Positions 16,101-25,841 of a stretch of 64,000 nt of DNA are shown here, one piece after another. How positions within the stretch are numbered: position 1 is the stretch's first letter; every line of letters begins with the position of its first letter. The notes beneath the pieces were generated by a model. The model saw nothing but the letters and a program-made list of their open reading frames with translations. It was not told where the DNA came from and did no database searches. Origin of the DNA: an uncultured Gammaproteobacteria bacterium. Lineage in GTDB: Bacteria; Patescibacteriota; Patescibacteriia; Magasanikbacterales; UBA922. Location: positions 355 to 64,354 of the forward strand of contig CAZFKS010000006.1 in the NCBI GenBank assembly GCA_964519725.1. The letters run 5' to 3'. The translations under genes were made by a program, and so were the position numbers.

Positions 16101-16970
16101 ATTGACTTAGCTGACAACACCTTTGTAGCTAAAGCCAGTGATACAAATGGTACTTCATTGGTAGTTAAAGCTGACTTGTCCAGTATTGGTCCAAGTCAAA
16201 ACGTAACTACTGGTGGCCATGCTATCGGTTACAAGATTAACTCTGCAGGCCAAGCTAAAGCTAAGGGTGCCTTGACTGGTTCAGCTTCAGTTGTTTACTT
16301 CAACTCAAGCGCTCCAACTGGTAACACTCACTACATGTTCAAAGCTGTACCTACTGTACAAGTATGTACTGGTACTGTTGATGATTCAAACAACTGTTTG
16401 AAAGCTGGTGGTTCAAGTCCTGTACTTACCAACGGTTCAAACGACCTTATCCGTTTCCGCGTGACCGCTAATACCGGTGATGTTGGTCTCTATAAGTTCA
16501 CCTTTGACATCACAACAACTACAGCTACTGTTACTACTGTTGAACTCTTTGATACTACAGAATCAAATGAAGTATCATTGTACTCAGCAACTATGACTGC
16601 TTCAGTTCCTTATGTTGAAGCTCTCTTTGACACTGACAGTAGTGGTGTAGGCTCAGGTGGTGAAGAACGCACTGTTTCAGCTGGCACAAGTCGCTACTTC
16701 GTACTCCGTGGTACTGCGACCGGTGTTACTACTGGTGCTTCAGTTTCAACCCGCCTTGGTGGTGACTCTGCTAACTCTGCCGGTATTTCAAGTGCTCGCG
16801 TGATGGACCCAGCATCAACTGTTGATGCTACTGCTAACATCCACGATGACTTCATCTGGTCAGATCGCAGTGCTGGTTCTCACTCAACTTCAACCAATGA
16901 CTGGACAAACGGTTACTTGGTAAGTGGTTTGAACTCAGCCTCATCATCTCCAGTTGTACTTGCGAAATAA
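13197..16970 (+). CDS. Large secreted S-layer-like / beta-rich surface protein (1257 aa)
   Basis: Signal peptide, GDLFK...SAVY repeats, Ser/Thr/Val/Gly-rich tandem beta-sandwich modules, C-terminal WSD...DWTNGYLV. Strong GCT/ACT/GGT/AAC codon bias suggests high expression. Confidence 0.8.
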   Translation: MQNLKKFGKKLFTMSVVSMTVAWSVGLSAFVPAAAVAAVCPELEAGDLFKVSGNSAVYLVSPEMKRMYFPNAEVYNSWYKDFSGITTIDSSCVDAYPSGGGVNFRPGSFLVKSAVSPSVFAVGPNNMKHKLGSEAVASALYGSNWGKLVRVLPDVFDSNYNVGAELTTAMLHNGQLVKKSGDSTVYFVMDGKTVKVEGSLPSQVAGDVRTVSEAVFSSVSMDSNTVTGSSVVSNPSQKGGSIVVPPVGNGKLKVSLAANTPAGTYALKNAARVPFTRVVVENTGATDVTIDSFKVVRGGSPALNSDFSTVNVVTEDGSLLNDTGKSLNSDNMATFTEDVVVKAGSSRTLTLVGDMANFSSGGAVPTLGLYSVEANATVDGSLPVYGNPVTTNASVTLSTATVAEGSTIGTVTKQVGSANVNLANVKVTAGTEDMKVERIVLNNSGSLADTDAEKFVLKYNGNTVANGTLKNKYLTFDLMNCGDLCKIEKGNDKTFEVYGDLTSGSGRSINLDVQRATHVLVKDLKNNFYVTPTNNASSMSNTVSVSQGKIDVSKTNDVQAGNIPENASGTKLGSWNFKVTGEPIDVRTLVFKITTTGSLSPDDVDSLTLYNKDGKALIGAVDGVGSSAASNGYATSTDSFTLQPGDNVLTVKGKIDSSATANDTVAISVDMSNSSNFDARGVNSNETITVGTYATPASVVAANTLTIKGSALRVTTLSTPPATTFAAGTNDVVFAKVLLDASDSSEDVKVTQFKVTDVTNTTAKAIDVQNIRLFVDKDGDSFNGAGTATALTETVSGSDSTAGNDEVFTFNFSGSDQFVIKAGKKVEVTVKANLAGSAAAGSHTLGVATADYVSATGVTTGNTVVETIDSAAGQAMSVGTAGGTVEVSLDPSTQAAKQYAAGTKGVSLATFRFTVTSSEDVSLDTLNLTQLVTDTASTSFKDYDMVYLYTTGGTLVGSAVPTSSGSVFIDLADNTFVAKASDTNGTSLVVKADLSSIGPSQNVTTGGHAIGYKINSAGQAKAKGALTGSASVVYFNSSAPTGNTHYMFKAVPTVQVCTGTVDDSNNCLKAGGSSPVLTNGSNDLIRFRVTANTGDVGLYKFTFDITTTTATVTTVELFDTTESNEVSLYSATMTASVPYVEALFDTDSSGVGSGGEERTVSAGTSRYFVLRGTATGVTTGASVSTRLGGDSANSAGISSARVMDPASTVDATANIHDDFIWSDRSAGSHSTSTNDWTNGYLVSGLNSASSSPVVLAK

Positions 16971-16994
16971 TCTTCGCTTGACAGCTTAGGACAG

Positions 16995-17025
16995 AAAGCC
17001 TCCCGCCTCGGCGGGGGGCTTTTTT
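16995..17025 (+). terminator. Rho-independent terminator
   Basis: AAAGCCTCCCGCC/GGCGGGGGGCTTT followed by a T-tract. Confidence 0.9.
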
Positions 17026-17028
17026 GTC

Positions 17029-17056
17029 TTGAAAAAATATCAAAAGAGGGTATAAT
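17029..17056 (+). promoter_or_regulatory. sigma70 promoter
   Basis: TTGAAA-16-TATAAT upstream of the TPR gene. Confidence 0.6.
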
Positions 17057-17078
17057 AATTAGCATATATCCCTTTAAT

Positions 17079-17768
17079 ATGAATAAAAATTTGAAAATCG
17101 GTTTGGTCGGTTTGGTCGTAGTTGGTCTATTGGGTGGTGGGTACTGGTGGTACCAAAAAACCTACCAAGACGCCACCAAGCTTAATAACCAGGCTCTGCT
17201 CAAAGACCCATTTGCTGGTCTCACGGTTCCCGCTGATAAGGATGCTGCCACTAAAGCTATTTTGGAAGAAAAATTAGCTGAGACCAAAACCATGTACCAA
17301 AAACTACCAAATATTTGGGAAACTTGGGTGGCAATTGGTAATATCCATGCTTTGCTTGGTGATTCAGAAGGGGCACTGCTCGCTTACCAGCAATCAGTGA
17401 CGCTACAGTCTAACAATATTGTGGCTGAACGAAACATTGCTGATCTATACGCAAATACTTTTCATGATTATGAAAAGGCTGCCGCTCATTACCGGGCGGC
17501 AATTAGAAATGAAGTCAATAACGCTGAACTGTACAGTAATTTAGTAAAAATTGAATGGCAAAAATTAAATAATCCGACTTTGGCTGAGTCTGATTTAGAA
17601 GAGGGTTTAAATCGAACCAGACATAATACTGATTTACTTTATGTAGCCGTAGATTTTTACACCGCGATTGGTAAACCAGATAAAGCGGCTGCATATGCGG
17701 CTGAAATTAAAGCCAAAAAACCAAGTTCTGAACCAGAGGGCGCAGTGTTAGGTATCCCAGGTCGTTAA
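17079..17768 (+). CDS. Membrane-anchored TPR protein
   Basis: N-terminal TM helix and TPR-like helices (WVAIGNIHALLGDSEGALLAYQQS). Confidence 0.8.
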   Translation: MNKNLKIGLVGLVVVGLLGGGYWWYQKTYQDATKLNNQALLKDPFAGLTVPADKDAATKAILEEKLAETKTMYQKLPNIWETWVAIGNIHALLGDSEGALLAYQQSVTLQSNNIVAERNIADLYANTFHDYEKAAAHYRAAIRNEVNNAELYSNLVKIEWQKLNNPTLAESDLEEGLNRTRHNTDLLYVAVDFYTAIGKPDKAAAYAAEIKAKKPSSEPEGAVLGIPGR

Positions 17769-17772
17769 TTGT

Positions 17773-19779
17773 ATGAAAAAAAATTATTCTCAAATTATTT
17801 GGTGGTTAACCGTGGCTACGTTTCTGGTTCCGCTCATTGTTATCCCAGGTAGTTTTATTTTTCCGTTTATTGTGCCAAAAGCACTGGCGTTTCGGATGTT
17901 AGTATTGTGTCAGTTGGGAGTGTTTTTGACTGCGTACTATGCGCATAATTCAGATCTCAAAATTAGACCGACCGCTGTGTCCTGGGCTGTACTGGCGTTT
18001 GCCCTTAGTTTTACTTTGTCTACTTTTTTAGGAACTGATGTTCACCACAGTCTGTGGGATAATCACGAGCGGATGTTAGGCCTGTTTACCGTGTTACACT
18101 ACGTGATTTATTTTTTCATTCTTTCCACAATTTTTCGGACTAAAGACGTGTGGCACTCACTATTGCGATTATTCCTGGCAGCAGGAAGTGTGGTGATGCT
18201 GATCGGTTTGTTACAAAAAATTAGTCCAAATTTTTTGTTAAATAATGGTAGTGCGCGTGTTTCCGCTACGCTCGGTAATGCAATTTATCTAGGTGCTTAC
18301 GGGATATTTTTATTTTTTGTAAGTTTGTATTTTTTCTTTTTAGAAAAAAAATGGTGGTATTTGGTAGGTAGTTTGCTAGCCTTCACTGGTATTTTGATTA
18401 GCGGTACCCGCGGTTCAGTGCTTGGTTTAGTGGCTGGCTTAGGAACCATGATGACAGTATATTTTTTAACTTTGCCAAAAGAACAAAATAAAGCGCGAAA
18501 ATGGCTGGGCTCATTTGCGATTGGTTTGGTGCTCGTGTTTGGGGTTTTATTTGCTTTTAGGCATACAAACACTGTGCAATCTTTGCCAGCGGTTGGTAGT
18601 TTGGTCAATACGACTATCTCTGGGACAGCGAGTACTCGGTTGATGGCGTGGAAAATTGCAATTGAATCATGGCAAGATAAACCAATTTTTGGTTGGGGTC
18701 CAAATAATTTTTTCTACGCCTTTAATAAATATTATAATCCAGAATTTTTGCGGTTTGGTTGGGGTGAAACTTGGTTTGATAATGCGCACAATATTATTTT
18801 GAATACCCTAGCCACCCAGGGTTTGGTAGGGGTAGTAACCTATCTAAGTCTATTTGGTGCCGCGGTATTTTTGTTAATTCGAGGCTATCGACAGGGGAGA
18901 GTTTCACAGCATTTGACTGCAGTTGGATCGGCTTTTTTGGCTGGGCATCTGGTACAAAATATATTTGTATTTGAAAACATTACCTCGTATCTGTATTTTT
19001 TCTTTTTTTTAGCCATGGTGAGTAGTTTAAGTTTAGGCGCTGATACTGAACCAGTTAAAGCTAGACCCGTGTTATCATCGGGTTTACTGGGTGGAATGTG
19101 GGCCGTGCTGGCGCTGTTAATTTTTGCGACTAACATTAATGTTGCTCGGGCAAATTCAGGCATGATTAATACTTTGCAAACAATTTACCAAGGCGGTGAT
19201 GTGATAGCAGTGTATAACAAAAATAGCCAAATTGGCTCACCGCATCAAGCAGACAATCGTTTGGATTTGGGACGAGCCATTACTCAGATAGCCGGGCAGT
19301 ATTCTGAACAAAATCGTCAAGCTGAATTTCAACCTCTCGCTGAATTAGCAATTCAAGAATTAGATAAAAATCGTCTTGAGCATCCCTATGACATTCGTAA
19401 TCAAGTTCAAGAAGCACAGTTACTACAGATTGCTTACGAAATGTACCACAACACTGACCATTTGTTAAAAGCTAATGAAATTTTGTTAGAAGCTAAAACC
19501 AAATCACCAGAACGCCAACAAGTTGATTATATGCTCTCTGGAATTAAAATTTCACTTGGTGATAAAAAAACAGCCGTTGATATTTTACAGGCTAGTGTCG
19601 AACGAACGCCAAGTATTGGTGAAGGTTGGTGGCGCTTGATTTATACCTTGCAAGTTAGTGGTGATACGGCTGGAGCAAAAGCAAAAGCTCTTGAGGCAAG
19701 AGAAAGGGGAATTGTATTTGACGCGATCGGTGAGTCAATTGTTGGACCACTGGCACCAAAAGCAACGACCACTCAGTAA
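17773..19779 (+). CDS. O-antigen ligase/oligosaccharyltransferase family (Wzy_C) with TPR-like tail
   Basis: Multi-TM; ATLGNAIYLG, SGTRGS, RLMAWKIA...PIFGWGPNNF, FDNAHNIIL. Confidence 0.9.
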   Translation: MKKNYSQIIWWLTVATFLVPLIVIPGSFIFPFIVPKALAFRMLVLCQLGVFLTAYYAHNSDLKIRPTAVSWAVLAFALSFTLSTFLGTDVHHSLWDNHERMLGLFTVLHYVIYFFILSTIFRTKDVWHSLLRLFLAAGSVVMLIGLLQKISPNFLLNNGSARVSATLGNAIYLGAYGIFLFFVSLYFFFLEKKWWYLVGSLLAFTGILISGTRGSVLGLVAGLGTMMTVYFLTLPKEQNKARKWLGSFAIGLVLVFGVLFAFRHTNTVQSLPAVGSLVNTTISGTASTRLMAWKIAIESWQDKPIFGWGPNNFFYAFNKYYNPEFLRFGWGETWFDNAHNIILNTLATQGLVGVVTYLSLFGAAVFLLIRGYRQGRVSQHLTAVGSAFLAGHLVQNIFVFENITSYLYFFFFLAMVSSLSLGADTEPVKARPVLSSGLLGGMWAVLALLIFATNINVARANSGMINTLQTIYQGGDVIAVYNKNSQIGSPHQADNRLDLGRAITQIAGQYSEQNRQAEFQPLAELAIQELDKNRLEHPYDIRNQVQEAQLLQIAYEMYHNTDHLLKANEILLEAKTKSPERQQVDYMLSGIKISLGDKKTAVDILQASVERTPSIGEGWWRLIYTLQVSGDTAGAKAKALEARERGIVFDAIGESIVGPLAPKATTTQ

Positions 19780-20894
19780 AATCTAATTGTTTCAGCGACC
19801 ATTTCTTCTACGGTACGCACTTTTTTGGGATCAATTGTTTGGCGGTGGTTAAGATTAGAGATAAGCGCATCTTGTAGGGCGCGGACATTGTTTGGTACGC
19901 ACAATGTGGAGAGTGAATAATCGGCCAGCAAGCCGCTGATTCCGCCTACGGCAGTAGCGACAATTGGAATGCCGGCACTCATAGCTTCAAAAATGGTGTA
20001 GGGTAAACCCTCCTTGCGTGAGGGGAGTACAAACACATCAAAGGCTTTTAAATAGGCCGCAGCTTCTGGCACAGCCCCAAGCAAGTGAATATTTTTGCTG
20101 ATTTTTAGTTTTTTAATTAAATTTTCTAGGTTGGCTTGCTCTGGGCCAGTTCCTAAGATAAAAAAGTGCACACCGGGTTTTTGGTGCACAATTTCAGCTG
20201 CAGCGGCAATAAGGATATCAAGACCTTTGGTCAAAAATAAATTGGCAATTGTCCCTACCCAGTAGTTTGGGGTTTTGGTCGTAGTTAGAGCGCATAATTT
20301 TTGGCGCGCATCTTTGGCTAAATAAAATTTTGGAGTGGTAATTCCGGTTTGAATGATTTGTAATTTTTTTTCAGGAATGTTAAGGCTAAGCCCAATCCGT
20401 TTTTCTTTTTCTGATAAAATAATTAAAGTGTCCTTAAACCGAGCCGTCCATTTTTCTAACCAGCGATACAGGAGACGGACTGGGTAAGCAAGAGGCTCTA
20501 AAAAGACCCACCCGTGAACTGTGTAGATAATTTTCGGGCGGTTTTTTAGGCCGATGGCGGCCAAAGAGCCAATAATGCCGGCTTTTGAACTATTCAGGTG
20601 GACAACAGTAAAGCCGCCAGTTTGGTACAGCTTGCGGATTTCAAAAATCGCCCGGAGGTCTTCTAGGGGGCGAATAGGCCGAACTAGGTGTTTTAGGGCC
20701 AAGACTTGACGAGGAGGCGAGAGACGGCTAAGGGCCACCTGGAGGTCCTGGGGACCGCTTGCTTCACCAATAGCCACTGTGACGCTCTCTGGGGGTAGGG
20801 AAGAGGCTAGGTCAAAAACATAGCGCTGAGCCCCGCCCCAAAAGCCCTGAGTGATGATGTAGAGGATTTTACCTGGCTCAGATTGACTTTTCAT
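19773..20894 (-). CDS. Glycosyltransferase family 4
   Basis: GGAQRY, HLNSSKAG, YTVHGW, FVLPSRKEGLPYTIFEAM. Confidence 0.93.
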   Translation of the reverse strand: MKSQSEPGKILYIITQGFWGGAQRYVFDLASSLPPESVTVAIGEASGPQDLQVALSRLSPPRQVLALKHLVRPIRPLEDLRAIFEIRKLYQTGGFTVVHLNSSKAGIIGSLAAIGLKNRPKIIYTVHGWVFLEPLAYPVRLLYRWLEKWTARFKDTLIILSEKEKRIGLSLNIPEKKLQIIQTGITTPKFYLAKDARQKLCALTTTKTPNYWVGTIANLFLTKGLDILIAAAAEIVHQKPGVHFFILGTGPEQANLENLIKKLKISKNIHLLGAVPEAAAYLKAFDVFVLPSRKEGLPYTIFEAMSAGIPIVATAVGGISGLLADYSLSTLCVPNNVRALQDALISNLNHRQTIDPKKVRTVEEMVAETIRFY

Positions 20895-20947
20895 ATCAGG
20901 TATAGCATACTACAGGCAATTAAAAACTGCAATATTTTGGCTAAAAT

Positions 20948-22483
20948 ATGAGAATTTTAATCACTGGTGGGGCGGGTTTCATTGGTTCGCATTTATGCGG
21001 CCGATTTTTACGCGAAGGTCACGAAGTAATTTGCGTGGATAGTTTTTTTAGTGGGAAAAAAGAAAATGTTCAGGAGTATCTCAATAATCCAAAATTCACT
21101 TTGATTAAGCATGATATAAGGTATCCATTTAAAGTACCGGGTCAAACTTTGGATCGGATTTACAACTTGGCTTGTCCGGCGTCACCGACTCAATATCAAT
21201 TCGATCCAATCTTAACCATTGAAACAGCCATTATTGGTACGCAAAACATGTTAAAATTGGCGCGTAAAACTGGCGCACGCATGTTGCAAGCATCGACCTC
21301 AGAAGTGTATGGTGATCCACTGGAACATCCACAAAAAGAATCGTACTGGGGTAATGTTGATCCGCTGGGTAAACGCGCGTGTTATGATGAAGGTAAACGC
21401 GCTGGTGAAGCGCTTTGTAAAGATTATGCGCTCGAATATGGCGTTGATGTTCGTATTATCAGAATTTTTAATACCTATGGCCCGCGCATGATGTTTAGCG
21501 ATGGCCGGGTACTATCTAATTTTATTGTCCAAGCTCTGCTTGGTGAAAATATCACGGTTCATGGTGATGGTACACAGACACGCAGTTTTTGTTATGTTGA
21601 TGATTTAATTGAAGGAATGATTCGCCGACTTGAACACCCAAACCCTGATTGGATGCCGGTTAACCTTGGTAATCCTGATGAACGAACAATTGGTGATTTA
21701 GCCAAAATGGTTAAAGAAAAAATTGATTCAGACAGTGAAATTATTTTTCAGCCGATTTCTCAAATTCCTAACCGCGAAGGTGATCCAAAACAAAGATGTC
21801 CGAATATTGAGCGCGCTAAAAAAGTACTTGCCTGGCAACCAGAGGTTGATTTTGCTGCTGGTCTGGCAGCCACAATTGCGGATTTTAAAAAGCGATTAAC
21901 TAATAAACCTAGACTTTTGGTATTTTTGGGCGCTGACCAAAAGCAGGTTGATTTAAAACATAAACTTTTACAAGTGGTGACTGAATCGTGTCCAGGTTGG
22001 GATTTTGATGTGATTACTAACGAATCAGATATTTCTAGTTTTGAAAACGTAACTGTTCATAAGGTTTCTGGTTCTCCAGGCAGTTTGTGGTTTGTTTTAG
22101 CTGCGGCAAAAAAAGCTAAAAAACTACAAAAGAAACATCTGTACCAGGTGGCTTGGGTGCTGGCCACTGGAAAAGCACATTTTGCGGCCGCCTTGTATTC
22201 TTGGTTCACTGGCGGTGCGGCGCCATTACTTTTAACAGCCCTTGAAAAGACGATTAATGAGTCGATGTTACGTCGTGGTAAAAAAATATCAGGCCTGTAT
22301 AATGCACTGATGCGACACGTTCATCGCTGGCAAGTAATTGCGCCTTTAACAGTAGAACAAAAACGCTGGCTCGAAGAAGACAGACAGGTTTCAGCAATTA
22401 ATTATGTTGATAGTTTGGAGCCGGCAGCACAAAATACGAAGCAGTTATTCCAAGAACTGGAAATACTATCGACGCGTTTGTAA
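20948..22483 (+). CDS. UDP-glucuronate decarboxylase (UDP-xylose synthase-like SDR) with extra C-terminal domain
   Basis: TGGAGFIGSH, LACPASP, ASTSEVYGDP, YDEGKR, RIFNTYGPRM; about 195 extra C-terminal residues. Confidence 0.9.
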   Translation: MRILITGGAGFIGSHLCGRFLREGHEVICVDSFFSGKKENVQEYLNNPKFTLIKHDIRYPFKVPGQTLDRIYNLACPASPTQYQFDPILTIETAIIGTQNMLKLARKTGARMLQASTSEVYGDPLEHPQKESYWGNVDPLGKRACYDEGKRAGEALCKDYALEYGVDVRIIRIFNTYGPRMMFSDGRVLSNFIVQALLGENITVHGDGTQTRSFCYVDDLIEGMIRRLEHPNPDWMPVNLGNPDERTIGDLAKMVKEKIDSDSEIIFQPISQIPNREGDPKQRCPNIERAKKVLAWQPEVDFAAGLAATIADFKKRLTNKPRLLVFLGADQKQVDLKHKLLQVVTESCPGWDFDVITNESDISSFENVTVHKVSGSPGSLWFVLAAAKKAKKLQKKHLYQVAWVLATGKAHFAAALYSWFTGGAAPLLLTALEKTINESMLRRGKKISGLYNALMRHVHRWQVIAPLTVEQKRWLEEDRQVSAINYVDSLEPAAQNTKQLFQELEILSTRL

Positions 22484-22485
22484 GT

Positions 22486-23589
22486 ATGTCTGGTAAGCGG
22501 ATCGTAATCTTTACCACCGCGTATTTACCGTTTATAGGTGGGGCTGAAATAGCGGTAAAAGAGCTGACTGAAAGACTGCTTGATTTTGAGTTTGTCGTAA
22601 TTACACCGCGGTTAAAACCAAGTTTGCCAGCTGAAGAATTGATCGGACGCACAAAAGTAATTAGGGTTGGGCGGGGTAATTGGTTTGATAAACTTTTGTT
22701 TTGGTATAACGGTGAAAAAGTAGCGCGCAAACAGAGTTCTTTTGATTTGATTTGGGCGGTTATGGCTAGTTACGGTGGTCTTGCGGCTCTCCGCTATAAG
22801 AAAAAAAATCCAACAATCCCTTTTTTCTTAAATTTACAAGAAGGAGATAGTGTATATCACATTTACAGCCGTGCACTGTGGGTGTGGCCCTGGTTTAAAC
22901 AAGTTTTTAAACGAGCTGACTATATTCAAACCCTGAGTAATTATTTGGCTGATTGGGCCAAAAAAATGGGTGCCTGTTGTCCGGTAACTGTGGTGCCGAA
23001 CGGAGTCGCACTGACCGAAAGCGCGGGTATTAAAAAAACAGCCAAAGAGAAAATTATTTTGTCAGTATCTAGATTGGTGAAAAAAAATGGTCTTGAAGAT
23101 TTGGTGAAAGCCATGACCTTTTTGCCAAATGAATATGTGTTGTGGATTGTTGGTGACGGGGTGCTTAGACCTAAACTGGAGGCGCTGATTAAAAAAAAGC
23201 ACCTGGAAACGCGAGTCGTTCTAAAAGGTGAAGTGGTAAATGAAAAATTGCCAGAATTATATGGCCAGGCAAGTGTGTTCGTGAGACCTTCTCTGTCAGA
23301 GGGACTGGGGATTTCATTCTTAGAAGCCATGCAACTTGGGGTGCCAGTGATTGCTACGAGAGTAGGTGGAATTCCTGATTTTTTGCAAGCTGGTGTGACT
23401 GGCTGGTACTGTAGAGTTCGTGATCCCAGCAGTATTGCCACCCAAATTACTTACGTTTTGGCTGAAAAAAATGCGCTTGAGGTTGAACGAGTGGTACAGA
23501 CGGCCAAGAATTTAATTAGCCAAAAATATTCGTGGGAAGTAGTCACTAACCAAATGAAAAAAATATTTAATTTATTATGCGAATCTTAA
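22486..23589 (+). CDS. Glycosyltransferase family 4
   Basis: GGAEIA; VRPSLSEGLGISFLEAM. Confidence 0.93.
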   Translation: MSGKRIVIFTTAYLPFIGGAEIAVKELTERLLDFEFVVITPRLKPSLPAEELIGRTKVIRVGRGNWFDKLLFWYNGEKVARKQSSFDLIWAVMASYGGLAALRYKKKNPTIPFFLNLQEGDSVYHIYSRALWVWPWFKQVFKRADYIQTLSNYLADWAKKMGACCPVTVVPNGVALTESAGIKKTAKEKIILSVSRLVKKNGLEDLVKAMTFLPNEYVLWIVGDGVLRPKLEALIKKKHLETRVVLKGEVVNEKLPELYGQASVFVRPSLSEGLGISFLEAMQLGVPVIATRVGGIPDFLQAGVTGWYCRVRDPSSIATQITYVLAEKNALEVERVVQTAKNLISQKYSWEVVTNQMKKIFNLLCES

Positions 23590-24722
23590 TTGCAGCCGAC
23601 ATTTTTCCACCAGTATCTGGTGGTCCAGCGACTTATTCAGTGGGTTTGGCTAACGAATTTACTAAAAGTGGTACGGAGGTAACAATTGTCTCACTAACAC
23701 CGGGTTCTGACGCGAGCAAGGTAACCTGTCCAGTGTTTGCGGTACGTAAGGACACTAATAAAATTTTTCGCTATTTTGAATACGCTTGGCTACTGTTTAG
23801 AGAAGCCCGAAAGGTTGACTTAATTTATGCGATGGGGCCAGTAAACGCTGGTCTACCGGCACTTTTGGCAGCCAAAATTTTACGCAAAAAAGTAGTGGTA
23901 AAGGTGGTTGGGGATTATGCCTGGGAACAAGGATCACAGCGTTTTGGGGTCACAGATTTGATGGATGATTTTCAGGTTAAGAAATATGGTGGCGCGGTGG
24001 GATTGCTTCGTAAAATTGAGAGTTTTGTAACTACACGTGTGAATCGCGTCATTGTTCCGAGCGAATACTTGAAAAAAATTGTGACTGGTTGGGGAGTAAA
24101 GAGCGACCGGGTGAGTGTAATTTTTAATGCGATTCCATTACCAGAAATTGCCGCCGTGCAAACGGTCCAAACGAAAAATCAAGCTGAACAATGGATCGTA
24201 TATATTGGTCGCTTAGTGCCGTGGAAAGGGGCTAAAGAAGTGATTGAGATTATGCCAGAATTGACTAAAGAATTTCCTAATGCGCGGTTTAAAATCGTCG
24301 GTGACGGACCAGATCGGTCGAATGTAGAAAAAACAATCTCTACACAGGGGATGGAACGCTATGTAGAATTAGTAGGAAATGTTCCGCATGCTCAGGCGCT
24401 TTCGTATTTAAAGTCCGCTGATGTATTTGTACTTAATAGTGGCTACGAAGGCTTGTCGCATGTATTGGTGGAAGCCCTTAATTTCAATTGTAAGGTTTTG
24501 GCCAGTAATATTTGTGGAAATCCAGAAGTTATTATTCCGGCGGAAACTGGTGAATTGTTTACCTATAATAATAAGGCGGAAATTAAAGAAAAATTACGCG
24601 CAGCTTTGTCAGGAGCGATGCGCCCACCGTTTTCAAATACCATTGATCGGGAAACATTCTTTAAAAAATTTGAATTTAACCGGATGGTGGCCGAGACCAA
24701 AAAATTATTGGAAACAATATGA
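23577..24722 (+). CDS. Glycosyltransferase family 4
   Basis: IFPPVSGGPATY; GRLVPWKG; NSGYEGLSHVLVEA. Confidence 0.93.
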   Translation: MRILIAADIFPPVSGGPATYSVGLANEFTKSGTEVTIVSLTPGSDASKVTCPVFAVRKDTNKIFRYFEYAWLLFREARKVDLIYAMGPVNAGLPALLAAKILRKKVVVKVVGDYAWEQGSQRFGVTDLMDDFQVKKYGGAVGLLRKIESFVTTRVNRVIVPSEYLKKIVTGWGVKSDRVSVIFNAIPLPEIAAVQTVQTKNQAEQWIVYIGRLVPWKGAKEVIEIMPELTKEFPNARFKIVGDGPDRSNVEKTISTQGMERYVELVGNVPHAQALSYLKSADVFVLNSGYEGLSHVLVEALNFNCKVLASNICGNPEVIIPAETGELFTYNNKAEIKEKLRAALSGAMRPPFSNTIDRETFFKKFEFNRMVAETKKLLETI

Positions 24723-25840
24723 AATTACTGTACGCGGTAATGGTTAGAATGCCAACCGAAAAAGCGCATGGCATTCAAATTGTAAAAACGATTGCGGCTT
24801 TGGTGAAAGCTGGTGTGACGGTTGATTTGCAGATACCGGATCGTAAAAATCCTATTAAAGTTGATATTTTTGAATATTACCAGGCTGAAAAAATCTTTGG
24901 AGTCACTAAAATTAAAGTGCGTGACTTGGTGTCAGAAAATCGCTTTGGCATACTTGGCTATTGGTGGCAGAGTTTTTTGTTTACCAGAAAAGTCAAACAA
25001 AATGCTTTTGGTTTTGATGTGCTGTATACTCGTGATTTGCCGGTGGCCTTAGGATTGGTGCGCGCGCAAAAACCGCTCATCTACGAAATTCATAGCCTAC
25101 CTAAACGACCGACTTTTTTACACAAATATGTTTGGAAAAAAAGTCAGGGTATTATTGTTATTAGTGATGGTCTACGTGAAGAACTGATCGCAGCTGGTGT
25201 TGAGGCACAAAAAATTACAGTAGTCCGTGATAGTGTGGATGTGGAGCAGTTTCAAAATGTTCCACAAAAAAATGCCTGTCGTGCTAATTTAAACATTCCG
25301 GTTGACCAAAAAGTGGTTGTCTACACTGGTCATTTGTACGGCTGGAAAGGGGCGGATACGTTAGCAGTATCAGCGGCTAAGTTGCCGACTGACACACACG
25401 TGTATATTGTGGGGGGGACTGATCAGGACGTGGCCAAGTTCAAAGAACAATTTAAAGCCCCAAATTTACACATTATGGGTCGCAGACCGCATCAAGAAAT
25501 GCCACTGTGGCTCGCTAGTAGCGATCTGTTAGTGATTCCAAACAGTGCTAAAGAAGCAATTGGGGCTAAATACACCTCACCGTTAAAATTGTTTGAATAC
25601 ATGGCGGCTAACCGTCCGATTGTGGCCACTGACGTGCCGGCCTTGCGTGAGGTTTTACTTGATAAGGCAGTCCTAGCTAAACCTGACAATGCCGACTCTT
25701 TGGCGCAGGCAATTCAGTCCGCGTTTACCAATTATAGTGAACATGTCAAAGCCGCTGAGTATTTGGCTGAGGCAGTGACCCAGTACAGTTGGGCCAATCG
25801 TGGCGTGCAAATTAAACAATTTATTGAAAATAAAGTGTAG
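24719..25840 (+). CDS. Glycosyltransferase family 4
   Basis: YTGHLYGWKG; TSPLKLFEYMAA. Confidence 0.93.
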   Translation: MKLLYAVMVRMPTEKAHGIQIVKTIAALVKAGVTVDLQIPDRKNPIKVDIFEYYQAEKIFGVTKIKVRDLVSENRFGILGYWWQSFLFTRKVKQNAFGFDVLYTRDLPVALGLVRAQKPLIYEIHSLPKRPTFLHKYVWKKSQGIIVISDGLREELIAAGVEAQKITVVRDSVDVEQFQNVPQKNACRANLNIPVDQKVVVYTGHLYGWKGADTLAVSAAKLPTDTHVYIVGGTDQDVAKFKEQFKAPNLHIMGRRPHQEMPLWLASSDLLVIPNSAKEAIGAKYTSPLKLFEYMAANRPIVATDVPALREVLLDKAVLAKPDNADSLAQAIQSAFTNYSEHVKAAEYLAEAVTQYSWANRGVQIKQFIENKV

Positions 25841-25841
25841 T

